Shown piece by piece: positions 34,618 to 43,035 of a stretch of 44,018 bases of DNA (positions within the stretch are counted from its first letter, which is position 1; every line of letters begins with the position of its first letter). Location of the stretch: contig CAZTRI010000017.1 in assembly GCA_964616675.1 (NCBI GenBank), positions 1 to 44,018 of the forward strand, in the 5' to 3' direction. Made by a program: the position numbers and the translations under genes. The notes below the pieces were generated by a model. It ran no database searches and was not told where the DNA came from. It was given only the letters and a program-made list of their open reading frames with translations. The DNA comes from Candidatus Woesearchaeota archaeon (GTDB taxonomy: Archaea; Nanobdellota; Nanobdellia; SCGC-AAA011-G17; GW2011-AR18).

Positions 34618-35019
34618 TTAAACTCTTCTTCCACGCTTTCCGCCTTTACGTCTACAAGTATCATGACTTACAGGTGTAACATCTTCTATCACACCAACGC
34701 GTAAACCCACTCTAGACAAAGCTCTAACAGCAGCATTAGCACCAGGTCCTGTATTCATTGGACCGTTATGTCCACCTGCGCCTCTAACCTTAATATGAAT
34801 AGCATTAATACCTTTCTCTTTAGCTTTTTCTGCAGCAATCTTAGCAGCAGACATAGCAGCAGTAGGAGAACTTTCCATTCTATGTGCTTTAACAACCATA
34901 CCACCAGAAGCTTTTCCTAAAGTTTCAGAACCAGTAATATCAGTAATGTGAATAATAGTATTATTATAACTAGCATAAATATGTGCAATTCCCCATTTCA
35001 ATTCTTCTTTTCTTTCCAT
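34618..35019 (-). CDS. rps11: 30S ribosomal protein S11 (uS11)
   Basis: [27 protein letters not shown], and a C-terminus of [11 protein letters not shown]. The ATG at 35019 avoids overlap with the rps4 stop. Confidence 0.93.
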   Translation of the reverse strand: MERKEELKWGIAHIYASYNNTIIHITDITGSETLGKASGGMVVKAHRMESSPTAAMSAAKIAAEKAKEKGINAIHIKVRGAGGHNGPMNTGPGANAAVRALSRVGLRVGVIEDVTPVSHDTCRRKGGKRGRRV

Positions 35020-35020
35020 T

Positions 35021-35647
35021 TTATACAGCAATCTCCGCTACTACTTCTTTAGCAATTACTTCTTTAAACTCATCACCAAGTGCTTCTTCTTGAGGTCTTT
35101 CACCCTTCCTCTTAGATTTCTTTTGTCCCTTTACTCTTTCAGGATGTTCTGCACTAGCGAATGAAGATTTCGCATTATAAGTTATTTTTTCTTCTTCATC
35201 TTTTGAAACTAAATATGAAGGAACACTTACTTTGCTATTATTTATTGATATGTGACCATGCACTATTAACTGTCTTGATTGCTTAGTGGTTCTTGCAAAA
35301 CCTTTCTTATGCACAATTGTTTGCAATCTCCTTTCTAATAAATTAAATAATGTAAGACTTAAAACATCCTCAACCTTTCCGTCTTCATGAAGCAATTTAG
35401 ATTTATATAAACTATCAAGCAATTGTTTTTCTTCAAGTTTAATTTGTTCTGATCCTTTCTTTCTTTCTTTGATTATTTTCTTTGCCTGAGAAGTTATTCT
35501 TTTTGTTTCAGTATTATGTTTCATTATTTCTTTTTTATTTTTTAATCCATAATCTTGAACAATCTTTTTTTCAGTATCTATTCTATCTCTCTGCCACGGA
35601 TGACTTGGCTTCTTGTATTTTTTTCTATTCTTTTTTGGATCTCCCAT
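35021..35647 (-). CDS. rps4: 30S ribosomal protein S4 (uS4)
   Basis: [19 protein letters not shown]..., followed by an S4 domain (RRLQTIV...[10 protein letters not shown]). Confidence 0.92.
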   Translation of the reverse strand: MGDPKKNRKKYKKPSHPWQRDRIDTEKKIVQDYGLKNKKEIMKHNTETKRITSQAKKIIKERKKGSEQIKLEEKQLLDSLYKSKLLHEDGKVEDVLSLTLFNLLERRLQTIVHKKGFARTTKQSRQLIVHGHISINNSKVSVPSYLVSKDEEEKITYNAKSSFASAEHPERVKGQKKSKRKGERPQEEALGDEFKEVIAKEVVAEIAV

Positions 35648-35649
35648 TT

Positions 35650-36132
35650 TTAACCTGTCTTAGTCTTCCCACTTTTTTTAACAACACCAACAGCCCTCCC
35701 CCTTCTGAAATTACTTCTTGTTCTCTGTCCTCTTACAGGCTGTCCATAAGAATGCCTGATACCTCTATATGTTTTCATTCTTCTCATACGTTTAATATCA
35801 AAATCTTTTAAAAGTCTTAATTTATTTGAACTTACGTGTAAATTTTTTCCAGTAATAATATCTTTAATTCTATTGTAAAGGAAAGAAGGAATTTTCTCAT
35901 ATGGATTATCAACAGTTTGTTCTATTAATTTAATTTGATCATCAGTCAAAGTACCTGTAAGAGTATTATGTGGTAGATTAGTTGCAAAGCATAATGCATG
36001 TCCAAAATTATGTCCTACCCCAGGTATTTTTTGTAAAGATTGGTATAAAGGAAGTTTACCTTCTAGATCTGTTGCACATATTCTAACAAAGTGCTTAACT
36101 TTTGACTCAACAGGTTTTTGTTGTGGATTCAT
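35650..36132 (-). CDS. rps13: 30S ribosomal protein S13 (uS13)
   Basis: IPGVGHNFGHALC, YRGIRHSYGQPVRGQRTRSN. Confidence 0.92.
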   Translation of the reverse strand: MNPQQKPVESKVKHFVRICATDLEGKLPLYQSLQKIPGVGHNFGHALCFATNLPHNTLTGTLTDDQIKLIEQTVDNPYEKIPSFLYNRIKDIITGKNLHVSSNKLRLLKDFDIKRMRRMKTYRGIRHSYGQPVRGQRTRSNFRRGRAVGVVKKSGKTKTG

Positions 36133-36190
36133 CTAATAGAAATGGATAAAAGTCATATTTATAAAGGTTTTGGGAACTTGGACTAGAAAA

Positions 36191-36742
36191 CTATCTAACA
36201 AAAAGATAATGTTTCTCTTTTCCTTCCATCTCAAGCAGTATTCTTCTTATTATTGCCTGTTTAGGATCTGGAATTAATTTCACCCTGTTTTTAATGTCCT
36301 CAAAGCTTTCAAAAAGTTTTTCTCCTCTAACATCAAGTATCTCAAGCATATGCCTCTTTCCAATTCCAGGTAATAACTCTATCTGGTGCATTCTCATATT
36401 TATAGGTCCGGCTTTGTTAAAGAAATCAACGTAATTCTTTGCATTCTTTTCAACTAATTCACCTACAACAAATTCTAATTCATTCCTTGCAGTTTCAGTT
36501 AATTTCTCTGCATCTATTCTTCCTGCTATATGATGAATATGATCTCTTTTTCCTTCACCGATATAAACCTCTTGGTGTAATTGAAGGAAAACATCTTTCT
36601 TTGGAACTAATTCTAGAAGTGCTAAGTATTCTTTACCAACAGCTTGTGCTATAGCAGTCTTTCTGTGAGAAGGCCTCCTGTCCATAGGATATCCATTTGG
36701 TAGGAAATCTAATATTATTGCATATTCTTCTTTTGCTGCCAT
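36191..36742 (-). CDS. DUF655/COG1491-type predicted RNA-binding protein
   Basis: EEYAIILDFLPNGYP...LPGIGKRHMLEILDVR. It holds the conserved archaeal position downstream of rpl21e-rpoF. Confidence 0.7.
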   Translation of the reverse strand: MAAKEEYAIILDFLPNGYPMDRRPSHRKTAIAQAVGKEYLALLELVPKKDVFLQLHQEVYIGEGKRDHIHHIAGRIDAEKLTETARNELEFVVGELVEKNAKNYVDFFNKAGPINMRMHQIELLPGIGKRHMLEILDVRGEKLFESFEDIKNRVKLIPDPKQAIIRRILLEMEGKEKHYLFVR

Positions 36743-36762
36743 TTTGTATCTTTCCTTTCATT

Positions 36763-37104
36763 TTAACTCTTCTTTATTACTTCAACGATTTTCGTTAAAT
36801 CTTCTGCTTTCAAAGTTGTATTTTCACCACTTAATATTACCTTCAGACTTTCCTCATCTTTAGGCATTAAGTCAATGATCTTAATAACGTGTCTATCTTT
36901 TAGTCTTACAATTCCAAGACTTTCAAGTTGTTTCTTTATTTCCTGCACATCTTTTTCACTTACTTCAGCAAACATGTTCAGGTACTCAAGTACTTTATTC
37001 TCTCTGAAGTTAAGCTCTTTCTTCTCTTTCTTAGCTTTTTCAAGATAGACCTTAAGTTCAGCCATAGTTATTGGTGTTTCATGCATTACTTCTACATCAA
37101 CCAT
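36763..37104 (-). CDS. rpoF: RNA polymerase subunit F (Rpo4)
   Basis: 113 aa, helical and K/E-rich. Assigned mainly by the conserved rpl21e-rpoF-DUF655 synteny. Confidence 0.65.
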   Translation of the reverse strand: MVDVEVMHETPITMAELKVYLEKAKKEKKELNFRENKVLEYLNMFAEVSEKDVQEIKKQLESLGIVRLKDRHVIKIIDLMPKDEESLKVILSGENTTLKAEDLTKIVEVIKKS

Positions 37105-37105
37105 T

Positions 37106-37396
37106 TTATTGTAACCTCTTCAAATGAACTGGATGAACGATAAAACTCTTTGTTATCTTTCTTTCTTTTACTTGAACTATATAACATGTTCCTTTTTTCC
37201 CACTAACGAAACCTGAACTTCCATGATATCTTCTTGGATAAACTCCTGTTTGTACTGCAGGTTCTGCAATAAATCCAACTCTGTCTCCATCTTTAAATTC
37301 CTGGAAGTATCTTGTCAAGGAAATCTTTCCTTTTCTTCTGACATCTTTCTGCATTTTATGCCTAGTCTTCCTTCTTAGTCTACCAGTTCTCTTCAT
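37106..37396 (-). CDS. rpl21e: 50S ribosomal protein L21e (eL21)
   Basis: GRLRRKTRHKM...FKDGDRV...YPRRYHG.SG.V...KG.CY.V. Confidence 0.9.
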   Translation of the reverse strand: MKRTGRLRRKTRHKMQKDVRRKGKISLTRYFQEFKDGDRVGFIAEPAVQTGVYPRRYHGSSGFVSGKKGTCYIVQVKERKITKSFIVHPVHLKRLQ

Positions 37397-37410
37397 AGAT
37401 ATTTAGAATA

Positions 37411-37731
37411 ATGGAGAAGTTTATAAAGGTTTTCGTTAATCAATTTTATATGACTGAAGTATTTATAGAATATGGTATTGATCCTAGAAGAACAGATTTG
37501 AAAGCTTTTCTAGATGGTAGAGGAATTAAGAAAGAAAATAAGGATTCACAGACTTACACAGGACAGGAGGGTACTATCCATTGGGATTTAGTAAGAGGTT
37601 ATATAATGGTAAAAACAAAAGATCCATTAGGCAGGGACAGAGAATTTGTAGATTATATAATGAGAATAGTAAATTCTAAAAGAATAGTAAATGTAGGTAG
37701 TGAAGAAATTTCTCTAGATGATCTTTCTTAA
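37411..37731 (+). CDS. hypothetical protein, 106 aa
   Basis: ORF only; no family recognised. Confidence 0.4.
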   Translation: MEKFIKVFVNQFYMTEVFIEYGIDPRRTDLKAFLDGRGIKKENKDSQTYTGQEGTIHWDLVRGYIMVKTKDPLGRDREFVDYIMRIVNSKRIVNVGSEEISLDDLS

Positions 37732-37739
37732 ATTCTTCA

Positions 37740-37779
37740 GAAGGGATTCTCCCTTCAACCCTTTAAGCGACGCAGTCTA
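37740..37779 (-). repeat. long-form copy of the dispersed repeat, inverted orientation
   Basis: The minus strand reads TAGACTGCGTCGCTTAAAGGGTTGAAGGGAGAATCCCTTC. It lies between convergent stop codons (37731 and 37806). Confidence 0.85.
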
Positions 37780-37805
37780 TAAATTATTATTCAAGAATAA
37801 ATAGT

Positions 37806-38120
37806 TTACCTGCAAAAACTATTACTATCACATGTCAAACCGCTATTACACATTCCAGCAGGATCGTTTCGATTTCTACAACTTTGTCCAGATGCCCCAG
37901 CATGTATACAACGAGAGTTTATACAACTTAATCCAGGATTACATATCGGTTCTGTATTTCTACATGCACCGCGTGCTTCCCCAGCGGGTACGTTTATTCT
38001 TTTACCTTTTTTGCCTGCAAAACCAGTAATCGAATCAAGACCATATGAGATTATAGCAATAGCTAAAACTACAATTACGAGAACAATTAATGTATTTTTT
38101 AGATTCTCTTTTTTTGCCAT
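37806..38120 (-). CDS. membrane-anchored Cys-rich small protein with two C-x(n)-C-N-x-G-L-x-C-x(n)-C modules
   Basis: N-terminal TM segment LIVLVIVVLAIAIISYG, followed by ACRNTEPICNPGLSCINSRC and SCRNRNDPAGMCNSGLTCDSNSFC. Confidence 0.6.
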   Translation of the reverse strand: MAKKENLKNTLIVLVIVVLAIAIISYGLDSITGFAGKKGKRINVPAGEARGACRNTEPICNPGLSCINSRCIHAGASGQSCRNRNDPAGMCNSGLTCDSNSFCR

Positions 38121-38168
38121 GATAATTAATTCAACATTTATATATTTAAAACTTGTGTTCTAATGTTA

Positions 38169-38444
38169 TTACACTAGATCCTTAAGAACCTTATTCAAAG
38201 CAAAAAATAAGTTAGTATCTTTAGCATTAGCTTCCTGTATTTTTCCTTCCACATCTATTTTCCCGGAAATTGCAATATTATTATTAGTATTCTCATTAAG
38301 AGTTAAATGCAATAAATTCACTCTAGAACTACTTCCGTCAAGATTTTTTACATGATTTCCGACAATCTTCTTTATAACAACCAATTTTGCAGGTTCTATT
38401 TCGTTGAACCCTTCAAGTTTGATATTACCACCGAGCTCCAACAT
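38169..38444 (-). CDS. small protein matching the HPF/RaiA (S30AE) ribosome-hibernation-factor pattern
   Basis: 91 aa. NIKLEGFNEIEPAKL..K.....NL, LHLTL and ISGKIDVEGKIQEANAKDTNLFFALNKVLKDL align by eye with E. coli HPF, sequence recalled from memory (LNITGNNVEITEAL..., ATLHVNGGEIHASAEGQDMYAAIDGLIDKL). Confidence 0.4.
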   Translation of the reverse strand: MLELGGNIKLEGFNEIEPAKLVVIKKIVGNHVKNLDGSSSRVNLLHLTLNENTNNNIAISGKIDVEGKIQEANAKDTNLFFALNKVLKDLV

Positions 38445-38504
38445 TGCTATGTCCTAATTATGGAGTGGCTACTATTTATAATTTTCTGTGTTAGAAGCAA
38501 TATA

Positions 38505-40178
38505 TCATAAGAATTTACGCATATAAATCCCATCATTCTCATATCCTAATTTTCTAAAATATTCTTTAGTTCCAATTCCAGATAAAACTAAAATCTTTTT
38601 AGCATTAAAATCTTCTTTGGCAATTCTCTCAGCTTCAACCATTAATCGTTTTCCAAAACCTCTGTGCTGAACTTTACCAACTTTACCTAAAGAAGTTGCT
38701 TCGCCATAAACATGTATCTCTCTTATTCCTACAGAATCAGAAGTTATCTCTGGTCTAAAAGGTTTGTATGGTTTTCTTAATCTAAGAAATCCTAATAAAA
38801 GATCGTTTTTAGTATCTTCAAAAGAAAGAAAGACTTCTTTTCCATTAGAAGCATCATAATCAATTCTTTTCAATTCAACATGATCAAAATCAATCTTCTT
38901 ACTCATGGGTTCTCTGCATCTTATACACTTACATAATATTTTTTTATCTTTTACTTTTTTAAAAACATACTGTCTTAAGTTTGTTCTATCTACACCAGCT
39001 TCAGTAACATTAGTTGGAATATCTCTCTGCACTCTATGTACACGACAGTATGGTTCAATAAATCTTTTTCCTTCAGAAATAATTTCAGCTGCTTCTTCAG
39101 TTGTAATTGGTTTGAATCTTCCAGCTTTATACTGAACCCAAAGTGCAGTTCCAGGCATGACCATGCAGGGATAAATCTTCAATCCGTCAGGTTTATAAAA
39201 ATTATTATTAAAATACTCCTTAAAACATTCAACATCCTGTTCTTTAGTAACATTAGGTAATCCAGGCATTACATGGAATACACATTTTAAAAAAGAATCT
39301 TTTGCTAATTGAATTGCTCTCAAAGTATCTTCAACTGTATGCCCTCTATTAGTTTTCTTTAGAACTTCATCATAAATAGTCTGCACACCTATCTCAACTC
39401 TTGTAGTTCCTAACTTTAGCATCTCATTAATATGATCTTCAAAACACCAGTCTGGTTTTGTTTCAACACAAAGTAATGTACATCTTATTTTAGCAGTTTC
39501 ATTTCTCAATTGTTCTTTCTCTAATTCACATTGTCCTTTAATATTCAATAATTTCTCATGAATTCTTTTTGTTCTTTCTTTATTATTTTTATCCCCTGGA
39601 AGTTCGAAAAATTCTTTAAATATCTCAAAATCAAATTCACCATTAACAAAAAACATTTCAGAAAAATCATTTAAGGCTTTGAAAGTATATTTAATAAAAT
39701 AATCCTGATATTCTTTGGAAAAAGCTGGGAAAGTTCCGCCTTGAATTATTACTTCTACCTTTTCAGGAATCTGATTCAATAAAGTATATTGTTCTAATCT
39801 ATTAAATACAATAAGATAAGGATCGTAATTAGCTCTTATTGCTCTCATAGTAGAAGGTTCATTTCCTGTATATGATTGAGGGACATCACCAAAAAAACTT
39901 CCCTTTCCCCCTGGACAAAATGTACAAGTACCATGAGGACACCTGTCAGGCATTGTCATTAATGCTAATGGAGCTACACCAGAAATAGTTCTTACAGGTT
40001 TTATTATAAATTTATGTTTAAATTTCTCTTTTTCTTCGTCAGTTAAATAACTTAATATCTCAACCGTACTAGGAAAATGTTTCAAAGAATATTTATGAGC
40101 AATCTCTTTCTTAATTTTATCTAAATCTTTCTCATCTTTCCTTATCTCTTCAATCATTTCTTGAATTGCTTGATCCAT
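38505..40178 (-). CDS. elp3: Elp3-type radical-SAM/GNAT tRNA modification enzyme
   Basis: CPHGTCTFCPGG radical-SAM cluster motif, a TIM-like core, and a C-terminal GNAT (HRGFGKRLMVEAERIA). Confidence 0.9.
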   Translation of the reverse strand: MDQAIQEMIEEIRKDEKDLDKIKKEIAHKYSLKHFPSTVEILSYLTDEEKEKFKHKFIIKPVRTISGVAPLALMTMPDRCPHGTCTFCPGGKGSFFGDVPQSYTGNEPSTMRAIRANYDPYLIVFNRLEQYTLLNQIPEKVEVIIQGGTFPAFSKEYQDYFIKYTFKALNDFSEMFFVNGEFDFEIFKEFFELPGDKNNKERTKRIHEKLLNIKGQCELEKEQLRNETAKIRCTLLCVETKPDWCFEDHINEMLKLGTTRVEIGVQTIYDEVLKKTNRGHTVEDTLRAIQLAKDSFLKCVFHVMPGLPNVTKEQDVECFKEYFNNNFYKPDGLKIYPCMVMPGTALWVQYKAGRFKPITTEEAAEIISEGKRFIEPYCRVHRVQRDIPTNVTEAGVDRTNLRQYVFKKVKDKKILCKCIRCREPMSKKIDFDHVELKRIDYDASNGKEVFLSFEDTKNDLLLGFLRLRKPYKPFRPEITSDSVGIREIHVYGEATSLGKVGKVQHRGFGKRLMVEAERIAKEDFNAKKILVLSGIGTKEYFRKLGYENDGIYMRKFL

Positions 40179-40217
40179 ATAGAAAGAAAGGAAGGGAAGA
40201 TTTAAAAATATATTGAA

Positions 40218-40457
40218 TTAAGCGTCATAATTATAAGAACATTCTTTAGAACAAAATCTATCATCTTGTGAATACCCTCTAATGTATCTTTCTCCACAGT
40301 TGGAACAACTTTTATAAAACTTAGCAACAAAATCGCTGACCCTTGCCCTTTTCGATTTATCAACTTCGCCTTCAAGCCCACCAGCTATAATTCTTGCATA
40401 ATCAGTCATAAGAAAATAATGAGTATTAGTCATATAAAAACTTTTTGATAGAAACAT
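40218..40457 (-). CDS. small zinc-ribbon protein (DUF2116-like)
   Basis: CSNCGERYIRGYSQDDRFCSKECSYNY. The true start is uncertain, with alternative Met codons at 40433 and 40406. Confidence 0.45.
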   Translation of the reverse strand: MFLSKSFYMTNTHYFLMTDYARIIAGGLEGEVDKSKRARVSDFVAKFYKSCSNCGERYIRGYSQDDRFCSKECSYNYDA

Positions 40458-40486
40458 ATTTAAATTACTATAAATTAAACTAACCT

Positions 40487-41398
40487 ATGAAGAGGTGGAA
40501 AATAGTTTCTGTGGTTATTGGAGTTTTAGTATTAGCAGTTTTAATTACATTTATAATCAAAGAATCGGAAGATCGAATTGAATTAAAAGAAAGACCAAAA
40601 GTAGCATTAGTAAAGCTTGAAGGTCCTATAATGATTGATTCAAGTACAAAAAGTTTATTCTCTTCATCAAAATCATCAGATGATATTTTAGAGAACTTAA
40701 AAGAAATAGAAAAAGATAAAACAATAAAAGGATTAATAATTGAAATTAACAGTCCAGGTGGTATGGTTGTAGCATCCCAGGAGATAGCAGACCAAGTTAA
40801 AAAATTAAATATTCCAAAGATAGCAGTAGTAAGAGAAGTAGGAGCATCAGGTGCCTACTGGATAGCATCAGCTGCAGATACAATAGTAGCTTCACCAATG
40901 TCAATCACAGGATCAATAGGAGTTATTAGTTCATACTTAGAATTTGCAGACTTATTCAATAAATATGGCGTTAATTATCAGAGATTAGTTGCAGGAGATA
41001 GAAAAGATTTAGCAAATCCATATAGGAAATTAAAGGATGATGAAAGAAATATTCTTCAGTTAAAACTAAACACAATTCACGCAGCATTTGTTAGTGAAGT
41101 TGCAAGAAACAGAAAAATGAAAGAAGCTGACGTTTGGAAATATGCAACAGGAGAATTCTTCTTAGGTGTAGAAGCAAAAGAAAAAGGATTAGTTGATGTT
41201 TTAGGTAACTTTGATACAGCTAAAGGATTAATGAAAGAAAAATTAGGTGCAGAAGATATTCAGATAGTTTCTTATGAACATGATGAAGGTTTATTTGATT
41301 TATTAGGCATGGTATCTACTGAAGCATCATATAATATTGGTAGGGGTATTGGCGATTCTTTGGTAGAAAGTAATTCTAATGGATTCATTCAGGTTTAA
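40487..41398 (+). CDS. sppA: signal peptide peptidase SppA (S49 family, 36K type)
   Basis: N-terminal TM segment, then INSPGGMVVAS, GASGAYWIASAAD, and DRKD...P. Confidence 0.88.
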   Translation: MKRWKIVSVVIGVLVLAVLITFIIKESEDRIELKERPKVALVKLEGPIMIDSSTKSLFSSSKSSDDILENLKEIEKDKTIKGLIIEINSPGGMVVASQEIADQVKKLNIPKIAVVREVGASGAYWIASAADTIVASPMSITGSIGVISSYLEFADLFNKYGVNYQRLVAGDRKDLANPYRKLKDDERNILQLKLNTIHAAFVSEVARNRKMKEADVWKYATGEFFLGVEAKEKGLVDVLGNFDTAKGLMKEKLGAEDIQIVSYEHDEGLFDLLGMVSTEASYNIGRGIGDSLVESNSNGFIQV

Positions 41399-41405
41399 TA
41401 AATAA

Positions 41406-41419
41406 AGACTGCGTCGGCC
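41406..41419 (+). repeat. core-only copy of the dispersed repeat (AGACTGCGTCGGCC)
   Basis: Exact core between convergent stop codons (41396-41398 and 41424-41426). Confidence 0.8.
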
Positions 41420-41423
41420 TAAA

Positions 41424-41741
41424 TCAAGCCAGGATTTTCTCAGTCTCCTCGAATATATTTTTAAGAAGTAGATCCATTACTTTTATCAATATTTTATCTT
41501 CTTTCTTGTCTTTATTTAATTTAAAAAGTTGCGAAACTCTAACTTTTCTGCTAGGTTTTATGTAATTGCCATTAATTAATTCAGACATAACATTATATGT
41601 AGTTGCTCTGTTAAGTTTTGTTTCAATAGCAATATCTCCTATACTAAAGTCTAATGAGGGCATATCCAAAAAATGTTCTATTACTCTGTTTCTTGGTGTT
41701 ATCCCAAACACATCACAAAATTCACCCCATGGTTTTTCCAT
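41424..41741 (-). CDS. winged-helix transcriptional regulator-like protein
   Basis: 105 aa. IGDIAIETKLNRATTYNVMSELINGNYI resembles an HTH recognition segment. Confidence 0.5.
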   Translation of the reverse strand: MEKPWGEFCDVFGITPRNRVIEHFLDMPSLDFSIGDIAIETKLNRATTYNVMSELINGNYIKPSRKVRVSQLFKLNKDKKEDKILIKVMDLLLKNIFEETEKILA

Positions 41742-41773
41742 CTTTATGCCTCCTTTATGATATTGTAAATTTG

Positions 41774-41788
41774 TAGACTGCGTCGGCC
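41774..41788 (+). repeat. core-only copy of the dispersed repeat (TAGACTGCGTCGGCC)
   Basis: Exact core 10 nt beyond the stop of the 41797..42195 gene. Together with 41406..41419 it forms a direct repeat that brackets the wHTH gene. Confidence 0.8.
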
Positions 41789-41796
41789 TGATTAAT

Positions 41797-42195
41797 TTAA
41801 GCCACTGATGGGCATTCTACAAATGAGTCTTGAAGATGTAAATGCTGAATAGGGGTTGTAAACTGCTGAGTAAAGCTTTCTTGTTTCATAAAGAGAATAT
41901 TATTTCTGACTTTACTAACAAAATTGATAGTAATTGTTATGACATTTCTCTCAACCATGGCTCTAAACTGGCATTTCATTATATTTTTTAAAAAGTATTT
42001 ATCTTTGTTTAATACTTTTGAAGCGTCAAATATTCTAACCCCAGTAGGATAATTTTCCTCATCTATATCTGTTACAAAATTAAGGAATTCAATTGATCTC
42101 TTATAATTTCTGTCTTTCATTCTAAGAGTAAGTATATCATTCTTGAAATCGTACACAATTTCTCCTTTTCCAGTTAAATTTCTTTTTTCTTTCAT
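41797..42195 (-). CDS. DUF2283-like protein (antitoxin-like) with a C-terminal extension
   Basis: GEIVYDFKNDILTLRMKD...VTDIDEENYPTGVRIFDASKV matches the DUF2283 pattern (YD..D.L......D.DE.G...G..I.DAS). Confidence 0.6.
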   Translation of the reverse strand: MKEKRNLTGKGEIVYDFKNDILTLRMKDRNYKRSIEFLNFVTDIDEENYPTGVRIFDASKVLNKDKYFLKNIMKCQFRAMVERNVITITINFVSKVRNNILFMKQESFTQQFTTPIQHLHLQDSFVECPSVA

Positions 42196-42515
42196 GGCTG
42201 AATCCTCGGAAGTTCTGTGACAATCATAAAAGAAACAATTGTCAACCTTTTATCATCAATTTCTATTATTAATTTTAAATAACCTTCTTTTTTTCTATAG
42301 TATAACGCATATCTTTTGTTTTCTTGTAGGTATATCTTTCTTGGTTTCTCTTTGGTTAATGTATTAGTTAATATCACTTCCTTAAAAACCTTTCTTTGTG
42401 GCTCATTTAAATGGTCAAGGGCATGCACTGAAATCCCTACTTCTTTGTTTTTAGTTAATTCTTTGAAATCTTCTTTAGAGAGCTCTTTAATTGGTTTTGT
42501 GGTAAATTTAATCAT
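42192..42515 (-). CDS. DUF4258-like protein (toxin-like)
   Basis: ISVHALDHLNEPQR...YALYYRKKEGYLKLIIEIDDKRLTIVSF resembles the DUF4258 pattern. Its stop overlaps the downstream ATG (ATGA). Confidence 0.5.
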   Translation of the reverse strand: MIKFTTKPIKELSKEDFKELTKNKEVGISVHALDHLNEPQRKVFKEVILTNTLTKEKPRKIYLQENKRYALYYRKKEGYLKLIIEIDDKRLTIVSFMIVTELPRIQP

Positions 42516-42626
42516 TAATAATTATTATATTATCCAAAGTTAATATGCGTTTACCCTTAAAATCCGAAAAAAACTACAGCTTTTTATGGGAAATACATAT
42601 AAACTTTGAAGTTAATAAAAATAGTC

Positions 42627-42743
42627 ATGGAAGAAAAACATAATATGTGGTTGTTGGCGACTTCGCTTACCATTATGGGAATAATTACAATACTTGTATT
42701 AATATTACTAGTCAGAAGTCTATATTTAGGTGGTAAACTATGA
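42627..42743 (+). CDS. 38-aa hydrophobic peptide (below the track cutoff)
   Basis: ATG at 42627, translation MEEKHNMWLLATSLTIMGIITILVLILLVRSLYLGGKL, TGA at 42741-42743 overlapping the next ATG (ATGA). Confidence 0.4.
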   Translation: MEEKHNMWLLATSLTIMGIITILVLILLVRSLYLGGKL

Positions 42744-42997
42744 AAATATGGAAAATACTGTTTTATGTGGGGAATACTATAACAATTGTTTTAGGGATAA
42801 TTGTAATTTATCAAATTATGAGAATACTTCTTGGGGGAAGCTGGAGTATAGAAGAGGTTATTCTTTCTTTTATAATTGCTAACTTCACAACCACACTTGT
42901 AATCATTGGCTGGATTATTAATATTCATGGGAAAATAGCAAATGTAGATAAAAAACTGCATGGCCACTTGGAATGGCATAAAGCAAGGGATGTTTAA
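42740..42997 (+). CDS. small two-TM membrane protein
   Basis: 85 aa with two hydrophobic segments. It is coupled to the upstream peptide. Confidence 0.5.
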   Translation: MKIWKILFYVGNTITIVLGIIVIYQIMRILLGGSWSIEEVILSFIIANFTTTLVIIGWIINIHGKIANVDKKLHGHLEWHKARDV

Positions 42998-43035
42998 CCA
43001 AAAAACTTAATAATCAATGAATAAGTTTCTAATCT

